Positions 48,168 to 57,582 of a stretch of DNA of 63,556 nt are shown one piece after another. A model generated the notes under the pieces. It had not been told where the DNA came from, made no database searches, and saw only the letters and a program-made list of their open reading frames with translations. The translations under genes were made by a program, and so were the position numbers. Origin of the DNA: Chthoniobacteraceae bacterium (GTDB taxonomy: Bacteria; Verrucomicrobiota; Verrucomicrobiia; Chthoniobacterales; Chthoniobacteraceae). Location: NCBI GenBank assembly GCA_031409335.1, contig JANNWY010000176.1, forward strand, positions 1 to 63,556, read 5' to 3'. The stretch's first letter is position 1, and each line of letters begins with the position of its first letter.

Positions 48168-48848
48168 ATGGGATTGGTCACACTCGCCCACTTTGAAGCG
48201 GCCTTGCGCAAGGCTGCGACTGAGCAAGCCGATTGCTTGTTGATTGGCGGCCTCGCTGTTGCTGCCTGGTCCCAGAGTTTTGGGATTCTGCCTGCGGATG
48301 GCACCACCGCTCCCTTTTACAGCAAGGATATTGATCTTCGCGGGGACAAGCCCTCGGCATACCTGCTCGGCAAAATTTTGCGGGAAGAAGGTTATCGCAT
48401 CGTGGCGCTCACGACGGTGCATCGGAAAGAACCGCCGGGGCTCGGGTGCAATTTCGTGGTGAGTGTCGAGATGGGCGAACTCGGGACGATCTCCGTCGAA
48501 GTCCTCGAAAAAATGCCGTTGGTCGATTCGCCCGATTTGCCGCCGCAGGGTTTTGCGCTGGAACTCGCGGGCATTCGCATTCTCGACCCGCTGAGTTTGA
48601 TGATCGGAAAAATCCACGCGTTTAACAACCGCTCGGGGGAATTGGTGAACAAGGACGCGGTGCATCTCGGATTGCTCGCGCGGATCATTCCGCAGTTCAT
48701 CCGCGAGGCGCGGGAGCGTGGGCTGGCGGCGGAGGTGGCGGAGCGGTGCGGCGTGCTGGATGGGATTTTGGAAACTTGGCGGGTGCCGTTTAGCGCGGCG
48801 GAGTTGGGGGAATTTCGGGCGGTGTTGCGCGAGGGAGCGCGCGGCTGA
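48168..48848 (+). CDS. Pol-beta superfamily nucleotidyltransferase-like protein (AbiEii/DUF6036-like)
   Basis: LLIGGLAV, SKDIDL, P..L...K, KD..HL. Confidence 0.72.
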   Translation: MGLVTLAHFEAALRKAATEQADCLLIGGLAVAAWSQSFGILPADGTTAPFYSKDIDLRGDKPSAYLLGKILREEGYRIVALTTVHRKEPPGLGCNFVVSVEMGELGTISVEVLEKMPLVDSPDLPPQGFALELAGIRILDPLSLMIGKIHAFNNRSGELVNKDAVHLGLLARIIPQFIREARERGLAAEVAERCGVLDGILETWRVPFSAAELGEFRAVLREGARG

Positions 48849-49477
48849 TGCCTCGCTCGTCTTTTTCAAAAAAGGACGATCCGCTCGATGTGACGCGCGA
48901 GAGCCTGATCGGGCGGCTGGTGGATCTCGATGATCGCGCGCGTTGGCAGGAATTTTTTCAGACTTACTGGCGGCTGATTTATCGCGTGGCGCGAAAGGCC
49001 GGGCTGACGGATGCCGAGGCGCAGGATGTGGTGCAGGAGACGGTCATCACGGTCGCGAAAAATATTTCGAAGTACGAGCGCGAGGCAGGGTCGTTCAAGG
49101 GCTGGCTGCTGCACGTCACGCGCTGGCGGATTGCGGATCAATTTCGCAAGCGCGCGCCCGAAGCCGCGCGCTCACGCGACCGGACGCGCACGGGGACGGC
49201 GACGATCGAGCGCATTCCCGATCCCGATGGCATCGACCTGGAAGCGGCATGGCAGCAGGAATGGGAGGGGAGTCTGCTCGCTGCCGCGCTGGAGCGGGTG
49301 AAGCGGAAAGTCGATCCGCGGCATTACCAGATTTTCGATTGCGCGGTGCTGAAGGAATGGAGCGCGGCGAAGGTGGCGCGGGAACTCGGGGTGAATATCG
49401 CGCAAGTCTATTTGGTGAAGCATCGCGTGTCGGGGATGGTGAAGCGGGAGGTGAAGAAAATGACCAATGACCAATGA
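48848..49477 (+). CDS. ECF sigma-70 factor (kinase-associated)
   Basis: TRESLIGRL, WQEFFQTY, EAQDVVQE, GSFKGWL, VARELG...VYLVKHRV; TGATG overlap with the upstream gene. Confidence 0.94.
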   Translation: MPRSSFSKKDDPLDVTRESLIGRLVDLDDRARWQEFFQTYWRLIYRVARKAGLTDAEAQDVVQETVITVAKNISKYEREAGSFKGWLLHVTRWRIADQFRKRAPEAARSRDRTRTGTATIERIPDPDGIDLEAAWQQEWEGSLLAAALERVKRKVDPRHYQIFDCAVLKEWSAAKVARELGVNIAQVYLVKHRVSGMVKREVKKMTNDQ

Positions 49478-49536
49478 ACTGGCGCTGCGCGCGCGTGGGG
49501 AAAATTGGTCATTGCGTCATTGGTCATCGGTCATTT
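49458..49536. repeat. Inverted pair of heptamer tandem repeats (AATGACC / GGTCATT)
   Basis: aatgacc aatgacc aatga ... ggtcatt gcgtcat tggtcat cggtcat; supplies the sigma factor stop codon. Confidence 0.8.
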
Positions 49537-49558
49537 CCCCCCTAAACTCCGCCGCACA

Positions 49559-52033
49559 ATGCCGCCTGCTCCGACCGACCGCATCCCGCCGAAAATTCCG
49601 AACCATGAAATGGTCCGGACGATCGGGCGCGGGGCTTATGGGGAAATCTGGCTGGCGCGCAGCCTGACGGGGAGTTGGTGCGCGGTGAAGATCGTGGACC
49701 GGGCGACGTTCGCGAATGAGAAGGCGTTTCAGCGCGAGTTCGAGGGGATGGCGAAGTTCGAGCCGATCTCGCGCAGTCACGATGGGTTCGTGGATATTTT
49801 GCATGTCGGTCGCGATGAAGCGGGCGGATTCTTTTACTACGTGATGGAGCTGGCCGACGATCACGTCACCGGCACGCGGGTCGATCCGGCGCATTACGTT
49901 CCGAAAACGTTGAAAGCGGAACTCGCGCGGCGGTCGCGACTGCTCGTGGATGAATGTCTTTCCATCGGAGTCCTGCTCACGCAGGCGCTCGGCGAGCTGC
50001 ATCGAAACGGGCTGGTGCATCGCGACATCAAACCGGCGAATATCATTTTTGTCGGCGGTCAGCCGAAGATCGCGGACATCGGGCTCGTGGCTTCGACGGG
50101 GCAGCTTTCGTACGTCGGCACGGAGGGCTACGTGCCGCCGGAAGGGCCGGGGTCCGCGAAGGCTGATATCTACAGCCTCGGCAAGGTGATGTATGAAATC
50201 GCGATGGGGAAAGACCGGCTGGATTTTCCCGCGCTGAATTCCGATCTCTCCGCGCTGCCGGATCGCGAGCGGCTGCTGCGGCTGAATGAAGTGCTCCTCC
50301 ACGCGTGCGCGAATGATCCCGCGCTGCGCTATGCGAGCGCGGAGGAAATGCACGATGACCTCGCGCGGTTGCGCCAGGGAAAATCGGCGGCTGCCCGCGG
50401 GCCGGTGCGCTGGCCGTGGGCGCTGGCGGCAATCGCAGCGCTGGCAATTGCAGGCGCGTTTTATTTTTTCTCCGCGCGAAACGCCCGCGGCGGCGCGTTG
50501 ATCGAGACCGATCCGCCGAATGCCATGATCGTGCTGGCGGGCACGATGAAACACAGCCCGGCGCAATTTCACAGTCTGCCCGCCGGCGCGCAGACCGCGC
50601 GTGTGATGTTGACGGGATACGATCCGGTCGAGCTGCCGCTGGAGGTCGCGGCGGGCGGCGAGGCGCGTCCCACGAAGGTGAAACTCGTGCGAAGTGTCGG
50701 CGTGCTAAACGTCGCATCGAAGCCGGCGGGCGCGGAGTTCGAGCTGCGCGAGGGCGAGCGGATCGCGCAGCGCGGCACCACGCCCGCGACGCTGCGCGAT
50801 CTGCCGACGGGGGACTACGTGCTCACGTTTCACCACGACGGGCGCGATGTGACGGAGCCGGTGAAGATCGAGCGCGGCGAGGAGACGGTGAAGGAAGTCG
50901 AGTTTGCATCGGGGCATGTTTCGGTGACGAGCGAGCCGCCCGGCGCGGAGATTTTCGTCGATGGCAAAAGCCGCGGAATCGCGCCCATCGAGGTCGATCT
51001 TCCCGAGGGTCCGCACGACATCGCGGCGAAGTACAAATCGTGGCCGGAGCAACGCCGCCAGATTCGCAGCGCGGGAAATGTGCCGGCGTCCGCGGCGTTC
51101 GAGTTTGTGTGCGGGAGCGTGAAGATCACGAGTGCTCCGGCGGGCGCGATGGTGCTGGCGAACGGCGTGGAAATCGGCACCACGCCACTGCCGCTCGAAG
51201 ACATCGCGCCAGGCGAAGTGCGCTACGAAGTGCGGCTCGCGGGATTCAAGCCGATGGCAGTGAGCGGGGTCGTGAAGCCGGGCGAGCAGACCTTTTTGCC
51301 CGCGCGTTTCGTGAGCCGCGCGGGGCCGCAGCGCGGCGAGCCGTGGGAAAGCAGCCTCGGTGTGAAATTTCTGCCGGTCGGTGATGTGCTGATCAGCGCA
51401 TGGCTCGTGCGCGTGCAGGATTACGACGGCTTTTGCGCGGCGACCGGACGCGCGCGTTTGGTCGCGGATTTTGAGCAGGACAACACGCATCCCGTCGTGC
51501 GCGTGAGCGCGGAGGACGCGGTGGCCTTCTGCGAATGGCTGACGAAGCGTGAACTCGAAGCGGGGCAGATCGAGGAGGGACAATTCTACCGGCTGCCGAC
51601 GGACGCGGAGTGGAGCCTCGCGGTGGGGCTCGCGGATGAAGGCGGAAATTCGCCGGAGGAGCGCGATGGCAAGTCGAAGGATTTTCCTTGGGGCAAACAG
51701 TGGCCGCCGCCAGCGGGCGCGGGAAATTTCGCGGACGGTGCGGGGCGGCGCGGGAATACGATCGCGGGTTATCACGATGGCTTCACGCAGACTTCGCCGG
51801 TGGGAAGTTTCGCGGCGAATGCGCTCGGGCTTTTCGACATGAGCGGGAATGTCTGGCAGTGGTGCGATGGCTTTTACAAAGCGGGCTCGCGCTGGGGCGT
51901 GCTGCGCGGCGGATCGTGGGGGACGGCGGCGCGAGGGGAATTGCGCGCATCGTATCGCAACGTGGTGGATCGCGCCGAGCGCGACGTGATCTACGGCTTC
52001 CGCTGCGTGCTGGTGACGGACGGCGGACGGTGA
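49559..52033 (+). CDS. Ser/Thr kinase with transmembrane helix, PEGA repeats and FGE-sulfatase domain
   Basis: GRGAYG, AVK, HRDIKPAN, DIG, PPE; four S/T.P.GA PEGA units; HPVV, YRLPT, GLFDMSGNVWQW, GFRCV. Confidence 0.95.
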   Translation: MPPAPTDRIPPKIPNHEMVRTIGRGAYGEIWLARSLTGSWCAVKIVDRATFANEKAFQREFEGMAKFEPISRSHDGFVDILHVGRDEAGGFFYYVMELADDHVTGTRVDPAHYVPKTLKAELARRSRLLVDECLSIGVLLTQALGELHRNGLVHRDIKPANIIFVGGQPKIADIGLVASTGQLSYVGTEGYVPPEGPGSAKADIYSLGKVMYEIAMGKDRLDFPALNSDLSALPDRERLLRLNEVLLHACANDPALRYASAEEMHDDLARLRQGKSAAARGPVRWPWALAAIAALAIAGAFYFFSARNARGGALIETDPPNAMIVLAGTMKHSPAQFHSLPAGAQTARVMLTGYDPVELPLEVAAGGEARPTKVKLVRSVGVLNVASKPAGAEFELREGERIAQRGTTPATLRDLPTGDYVLTFHHDGRDVTEPVKIERGEETVKEVEFASGHVSVTSEPPGAEIFVDGKSRGIAPIEVDLPEGPHDIAAKYKSWPEQRRQIRSAGNVPASAAFEFVCGSVKITSAPAGAMVLANGVEIGTTPLPLEDIAPGEVRYEVRLAGFKPMAVSGVVKPGEQTFLPARFVSRAGPQRGEPWESSLGVKFLPVGDVLISAWLVRVQDYDGFCAATGRARLVADFEQDNTHPVVRVSAEDAVAFCEWLTKRELEAGQIEEGQFYRLPTDAEWSLAVGLADEGGNSPEERDGKSKDFPWGKQWPPPAGAGNFADGAGRRGNTIAGYHDGFTQTSPVGSFAANALGLFDMSGNVWQWCDGFYKAGSRWGVLRGGSWGTAARGELRASYRNVVDRAERDVIYGFRCVLVTDGGR
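51797..52033 (+). repeat. 237-bp direct repeat copy A (3' end of the kinase-FGE gene)
   Basis: About 20 mismatches to 59683-59919 by manual alignment, mostly synonymous. Confidence 0.92.
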
Positions 52034-52087
52034 AAGGCTTTTTATTGCGGCTATCCACCGCCATTTCTGGGATGAAGTGAGTTTGCC

Positions 52088-53407
52088 ATGATCATCCCGC
52101 AAACCGAAGTCATCGCCACGCTGGAGGGTCGGGAATTATATCGGGAAATCCTGCCGCCCGGCGAGTATGTGATCGGGCGCGAAATGGGCATTCGCATTCG
52201 TCTGCACGCCGATCGGGTCTCCGCCCGCCACGCACTCCTCACGCTGAATTATTACGATTGGGTGATCGAAGATCTCGGCAGCACCAATGGCACCTTTGTC
52301 AGCGGTCAGGGCATCGCCGGGCCAACGCTCATTTTTCCGCGGCAGGAATTACGCGTGGGCAATGTGTTTATCGAGTTGCGCCGCCTGCGTGCGGAGGATG
52401 CCGGCGCGTCCCTGCCTCCGCAGACGGCGGCGCTGCTGCGGTATCTGCCCGAAGAGTTTCGGGGTGAACGCAAGTATTGGATCAAAGGGGTGATCGGGAT
52501 TGGCGGCATGGGTGCCGTTTTGGAAGCCGAGGACTCTGGCACGCGACGGATCGTGGCGATGAAAGTTTTGCTAAATGTCGATTCGCCGATCGACATGGCG
52601 CGTTTCGTCGAGGAGGCGCAGATTACCGCCCAGCTCGAACATCCGAATATCGTCCCCGTTTATGAGCTGAGCGTGAACGAACTCGACAAGCCGTTTTTCG
52701 TCATGAAGCGCGTGCGCGGCGAATCCCTCCAAAACACCCTCGCGGCGCTTTACCTCGAACGCCTTTCCGCGCTCGCCCACAGTCCGCTCGAAGAACTGCT
52801 GCGAATTTTCCATCACGTCTGCGACGCAGTCGCCTTCGCGCATTCCAAAGGCGTCATCCATCGCGACATCAAACCCGACAACATCATGGTCGCCGATTTC
52901 GGCGAAGTGCTGCTCATGGATTGGGGCCTCGCGAAAACCCTCCAGCGATCCGCAAATTCCTTTCCCGACGCACAGGACGCGAGTGTCCGCACCATGGTCC
53001 ACTCGGCACGGGCCGAGGATACCGGCGCGGTGGGCACGCTGCCCGGTGAAGTGCTCGGCACACCGCACTACATGTCGCCGGAGCAGGCCGACGGGCGCTC
53101 TTACGCGGTCGATGCGCGGTCGGATGTGTATGCGCTCGGCGCGATCCTCTACACGCTCCTCACGCTGCGTCCGCCGGTCGAGGGCACGGACGCGTGGGAG
53201 ATTTTGGAAAACGTCGTCGCCGGTCGTCTCGTGCCCGCGCGGGAAGCGGCTGGCCATCACCCTCTTTCACACCTTCCCGGCGGACGGCTTCCGGGCGCAT
53301 TGGTGAACATCTCGATGAAAGCCATGTCGCTCGATCCCGCCGCCCGTTATCCCACCGTGCGCGCCCTCCAGGCCGAAGTGCGGCGCAGCGGATTTTCCAG
53401 GGCATGA
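52088..53407 (+). CDS. FHA domain + Ser/Thr kinase (no transmembrane helix)
   Basis: IGR, VSARHA, DLGSTNGT; GIGGMG, AMK, HRDIKPDN, DWG, YMSPEQ. Confidence 0.93.
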   Translation: MIIPQTEVIATLEGRELYREILPPGEYVIGREMGIRIRLHADRVSARHALLTLNYYDWVIEDLGSTNGTFVSGQGIAGPTLIFPRQELRVGNVFIELRRLRAEDAGASLPPQTAALLRYLPEEFRGERKYWIKGVIGIGGMGAVLEAEDSGTRRIVAMKVLLNVDSPIDMARFVEEAQITAQLEHPNIVPVYELSVNELDKPFFVMKRVRGESLQNTLAALYLERLSALAHSPLEELLRIFHHVCDAVAFAHSKGVIHRDIKPDNIMVADFGEVLLMDWGLAKTLQRSANSFPDAQDASVRTMVHSARAEDTGAVGTLPGEVLGTPHYMSPEQADGRSYAVDARSDVYALGAILYTLLTLRPPVEGTDAWEILENVVAGRLVPAREAAGHHPLSHLPGGRLPGALVNISMKAMSLDPAARYPTVRALQAEVRRSGFSRA

Positions 53408-56400
53408 AGGCGCGGATTCAAAACGGCGACGAAATCCTCAGCGAGTTCGAGTTGGCGGAGGGCGAATACCTTCTCGGCAGCAGCCCATCCGCTTTGCTGC
53501 GCTTGGAAAGCGAACTCGTCGCCCCGGAACACGCCCGACTTTTCATCAAGCAGGGCATCGCCTCCATCGAAGACATCAGCGGCGGACGCGGCGTTTTCAT
53601 CGCCGGCTTTCCGCTGCGCCGTCCGCGCACGCTACCGGATCATGCCGCGGTCAACATCGGCGAATTCACCATCCGCATCTGGAACGAGGCCGTGGCCGGG
53701 CCGGTCGTGCCGGAGGTGGAATCCGGCGGACGCCATCAGATCGGCGAGCTGGTGGCGCAGGGCGCGATGGGCGTCATCAAGCGCGCGTGGGAGGTGGCGA
53801 CGGGCCGCGAAGTCGCGATGAAGCAAATGCATCCCGAACTCGAAAGCGGCAACCCCGCGCTCGGGACACGCTTTCTGGAAGAGGCCAAAATTACCGCGTT
53901 GCTCGAACATCCGAACATCGTCCCCGTTCACGAAGTTGGCCCCGCCCATTCCGGCGCACGCTTTTACACCATGAAAATGGTGCGCGGCATTTCGCTCCAA
54001 AAAGTATTCCAGCTTCTCGATCAGCGCGTCGGGGCAGTCGTCGAAAAATATTCGCTCGATCAGCTCCTGCTCGCTTTCCAAAAATCCTGCGACGCTGTCG
54101 CCTTCGCGCATTCCAAAGGCGTGATCCACCGCGATCTGAAACCGGCGAACATCATGATCGGCGAATTCGGCGAGGTGCTCGTGATGGATTGGGGGCTCGC
54201 GAAACTGGTCGGCGACGCGGCGGAAAAATTTGCCGCGGATCATCCTGAAGCCTTCATCCGCGCCGGTGCCGGTCTCACGCTCGCCGGCACCGTCGCGGGC
54301 ACGCCGCTTTACATGCCGCCCGAGCAGGCGAGCGGCGACGTGGCGGCGATTGATGAGCGCAGCGATGTCTATGCGCTGGGCGCGATTCTTTACGAATTGC
54401 TGACGCTGAAGACGCCCGTCGCAGGCCGCAACGTCGCCGAAGTCCTGCACAAAGTTTCGCAGGGAAAAATTGACCCGCCCGAAAATCGCCTCGGCCCGAA
54501 ACCACCCGCGCACCTCGTCCAAGGTCGAGTGCCCGCCTCGCTCTCCGCCGTAGTGATGAAGGCGCTCGCACTTTCGCCCGAGCGCCGCTACCAGCGTGTC
54601 ACGGATTTGCAGGCGGACCTGCGCGCTTTTCAAAATGGCTTCCCCACTTCCGCGGAAGGCGCGGGCGCGGGGCGGCAGTTTCTCATGCTCGTCCGGCGCA
54701 ATCGCGGTGTCGCCAGAGCACTCGCGACTTCTGCCGCTCTGCTCGCGTTGCTTTCCACCGCCTACACCATCTGGGTCGATCTCGAGGGCCGCCGTGCGAT
54801 CCAGGAACGGGATCGTGCCACGCAAGCGCGCGTCGTCACCGAGACGGAGAAGGAGCGCGCGGACGGCGCGCTGAAACGTTTGGAAAAAGCTGCGCCGACT
54901 TTTGCCGTGAAGAGCGACAGCGCCGTCAAGGAGGGCAACATCGAAGAAGCGCTCAAGCTGATCGGCTTTTCCATAGACATGGATCAGCAGAACGCCAGCT
55001 ACCGCGTCTCGCGCGGCGATATTTACCAGGCGAATGAACGCTTTCCCGAAGCCATCGCGGACTACGAACGCGCGATGAAAATCAAGGCCGACCAGCGCAC
55101 GAGCAACAATCTCGCGCTCGCCCGGCGGCTGCAGCAGGAAAATGGCGGCGCACCGCAGCTCCGGCCCGATCTCCGTCGCCAACTCTTCGCCGCGCTCACC
55201 ACCCAAGGCCGCATCGCGCAGGTGAAACCGCCGACGCCTCCCGCACGGTACTCGCCCGAGGAGAAGGCGCTCTTCCTGCGGCTCGGGGGCTACACCTTTC
55301 AGCCAGGCTGGAACGACGGACGCATTTCCCGCGCAGCGGATGGCGGACTGCGGCTCGATCTATACGGCCTGAGCTTTAGCAGCCTCACGCATCTGCGCGG
55401 AACGAAAATCACGGAACTTTACCTCGGTGCATCGGACCTTGCCGACCTCAAACTGATCGCCGGATTTCCGCTGAAAATTCTGCACATCGGCGGCACCCGT
55501 GTCACCGACATCTCCCCTCTTTTTGGAATGCAGCTCATCCAACTCGATCTGGGCGGCCTCGCGATCCCCGATCTCCGCCCGCTGCGCGGGATGCCCCTCC
55601 GCGTCCTGAACCTTTGGAATTGCCGGGTCGCCGATCTTTCCCCGCTCGCCGGAGCGCCGCTGGAAAATCTCGACATCGACTATTCCCCCACCGCCAGCAT
55701 CGCCCCGCTCCGCGGGATGCCCTTGAGACGCCTGCGCCTTTTCGCCACGGGAAATCTGAAGGATTTCACCCCGCTCGCCACGCTCCGCGAGCTTGATAAC
55801 ATCCTGCTCCCCACACACTCCGCGCAACTCGGATTTTTGAAAGCCGCGACGAAACTCCGACTCGTGCATCATCCGCGCTTCGCCCCCGGCGACCTGCCCG
55901 CGGCGGAGTTTTTCAAACTCTCCGACGCCAGCGATGCCGCGTGGGCCAAGTGGAGCCCGACCATCGCGAAAACGGGCGCGACCGATCTTCTGCCCTACCG
56001 CCTCACCGTCGATGCGCGCGGCATCATCGAACTCAATCTGCGCGACATCCAAATCCAGAATCTCGCCCCGCTCGCCGTGCTGCCACCCACGCGTTTGCTC
56101 CTCAACACCGCGACCAAGCTCGACCTCAATCCGCTCCAGCGTTCCGCCGTCATCGATCTCGATATTGTCGATGCAAACGTGCCTGCCATCCTCCCCGTCT
56201 TCACCTGCCCGAAACTCGAATCAGTAACGATCAGCCGCAACGCAACGGATGTGCATCTGCTCCGCAATCATCCGACGCTCCGCTTTCTCAGCTATCAGTC
56301 GGATACCGTTTTGCGCCGACCCCGCACGACGGTTGCGGACTTCTTTGCGCCCGGTCCGAGGATGGCGGCCGAGGGATGTTTTCTGCCTGGAAATGCGGTC

Positions 56401-57573
56401 GCCGCCGCCAACTTCGACAACCCGGAAGCCTTCGCGGCCGGTTGGCGCGGGCAAAATCTGCGCGGCGAAAATACCACCATCGTCTGGACTTCAGACCCGA
56501 ACGTCGAAGGCGGGCGCGGCGGCGGCTACCTTTCGCTGCTGGAAACGCGCAGCGACAATTCACCTGCCTCGCTGGTGGCATCTGCCGCGTTCCTCGGAAA
56601 TCAGCAGGCGGCTTACGGGGGCACGCTGAAATTCCGTGTCCGCCATTTGCACGCGCAGAGCGATGGCGGCCCGGATGTCGAGCTGCGCTCCGGCACCACG
56701 CGGCTGAGCTACACCCAGCCCAAGCGCGCTTCGCAACGATGGCAAACATTCACCACGCCGTTCCACGAATCCGCCAATTGGAAAACCAACCGGCCCGGTC
56801 AGCCGCTGGCCACGAAGGAGGAATTGCAGGCGGTGCTCGGGAAGCTTGAGCAAATCTCGATTCGCGCGGAATTCGCCCGCGAGCCCCGGGAAAAAACGGA
56901 CCTCGACGAGATCACGCTCACCACACCCGCGCAGGATGCGAAGGAGGCGGAACGCCTGGCCGCGCTCAAAGCCAAAGTGCAGACGATGATCGCGCCGTGG
57001 GAAGCCGACCAGAGCGCGGAAGCCCTCGCGATTTACCGCGAACTTTTTACCCAAACTGGCGACGAGGAAATCCTGGCCGCCGCCCATGCGATCTTCGCGC
57101 GCGGACGCTGGAAAACCGCGTGGTTCAAATCCAGCGCGGACCCTGTGGCCCAACTCGAAGCCTGGCGTTCCATCGCCAAAAGCGCCGCCGCCACTGAAGT
57201 CGAGGTGCCCGCCATCGCGTTCCGTTTCGACAATTCCTCGCCGGGCCGTTTGGGCATTTCTCCAGCACTCGCACAAAATGATCCAGGGCCGAACTTCTTC
57301 GGTATGATTGCGAAAACCCGGCTCAAACTGCCCGCTGGCACATGGCGTTTTTCCGCTCGCAGCGATGACGGATGCCGGGTGCTCGTCAATGGCCGGATGC
57401 TCATGGAAAGCTGGCGCGGCCAGCGCCCCGAAACCATCACCGGCCTGCACACGCAGGCGCAGGAAGGTGAAGTCGAAGTGGTGCTGGAATACTTCCAAAA
57501 CGATGTCACAGCACAGGTTTCGCTGAGCCTTGCCCCGATCCTCGAAAAGCCCGCAGCCACCCCGCCGAAATGA
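53404..57573 (+). CDS. Receptor-like Ser/Thr kinase: FHA-like, kinase, TM, TPR, LRR, laminin-B-like and PA14-like domains
   Basis: HRDLKPAN, DWG, YMPPEQ; LRR units DLSPLxGMPLxxL; FLGNQQAAYGGTLKF; SDDGCRVLVNG. Confidence 0.88.
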   Translation: MKARIQNGDEILSEFELAEGEYLLGSSPSALLRLESELVAPEHARLFIKQGIASIEDISGGRGVFIAGFPLRRPRTLPDHAAVNIGEFTIRIWNEAVAGPVVPEVESGGRHQIGELVAQGAMGVIKRAWEVATGREVAMKQMHPELESGNPALGTRFLEEAKITALLEHPNIVPVHEVGPAHSGARFYTMKMVRGISLQKVFQLLDQRVGAVVEKYSLDQLLLAFQKSCDAVAFAHSKGVIHRDLKPANIMIGEFGEVLVMDWGLAKLVGDAAEKFAADHPEAFIRAGAGLTLAGTVAGTPLYMPPEQASGDVAAIDERSDVYALGAILYELLTLKTPVAGRNVAEVLHKVSQGKIDPPENRLGPKPPAHLVQGRVPASLSAVVMKALALSPERRYQRVTDLQADLRAFQNGFPTSAEGAGAGRQFLMLVRRNRGVARALATSAALLALLSTAYTIWVDLEGRRAIQERDRATQARVVTETEKERADGALKRLEKAAPTFAVKSDSAVKEGNIEEALKLIGFSIDMDQQNASYRVSRGDIYQANERFPEAIADYERAMKIKADQRTSNNLALARRLQQENGGAPQLRPDLRRQLFAALTTQGRIAQVKPPTPPARYSPEEKALFLRLGGYTFQPGWNDGRISRAADGGLRLDLYGLSFSSLTHLRGTKITELYLGASDLADLKLIAGFPLKILHIGGTRVTDISPLFGMQLIQLDLGGLAIPDLRPLRGMPLRVLNLWNCRVADLSPLAGAPLENLDIDYSPTASIAPLRGMPLRRLRLFATGNLKDFTPLATLRELDNILLPTHSAQLGFLKAATKLRLVHHPRFAPGDLPAAEFFKLSDASDAAWAKWSPTIAKTGATDLLPYRLTVDARGIIELNLRDIQIQNLAPLAVLPPTRLLLNTATKLDLNPLQRSAVIDLDIVDANVPAILPVFTCPKLESVTISRNATDVHLLRNHPTLRFLSYQSDTVLRRPRTTVADFFAPGPRMAAEGCFLPGNAVAAANFDNPEAFAAGWRGQNLRGENTTIVWTSDPNVEGGRGGGYLSLLETRSDNSPASLVASAAFLGNQQAAYGGTLKFRVRHLHAQSDGGPDVELRSGTTRLSYTQPKRASQRWQTFTTPFHESANWKTNRPGQPLATKEELQAVLGKLEQISIRAEFAREPREKTDLDEITLTTPAQDAKEAERLAALKAKVQTMIAPWEADQSAEALAIYRELFTQTGDEEILAAAHAIFARGRWKTAWFKSSADPVAQLEAWRSIAKSAAATEVEVPAIAFRFDNSSPGRLGISPALAQNDPGPNFFGMIAKTRLKLPAGTWRFSARSDDGCRVLVNGRMLMESWRGQRPETITGLHTQAQEGEVEVVLEYFQNDVTAQVSLSLAPILEKPAATPPK

Positions 57574-57582
57574 AATCGCCTC

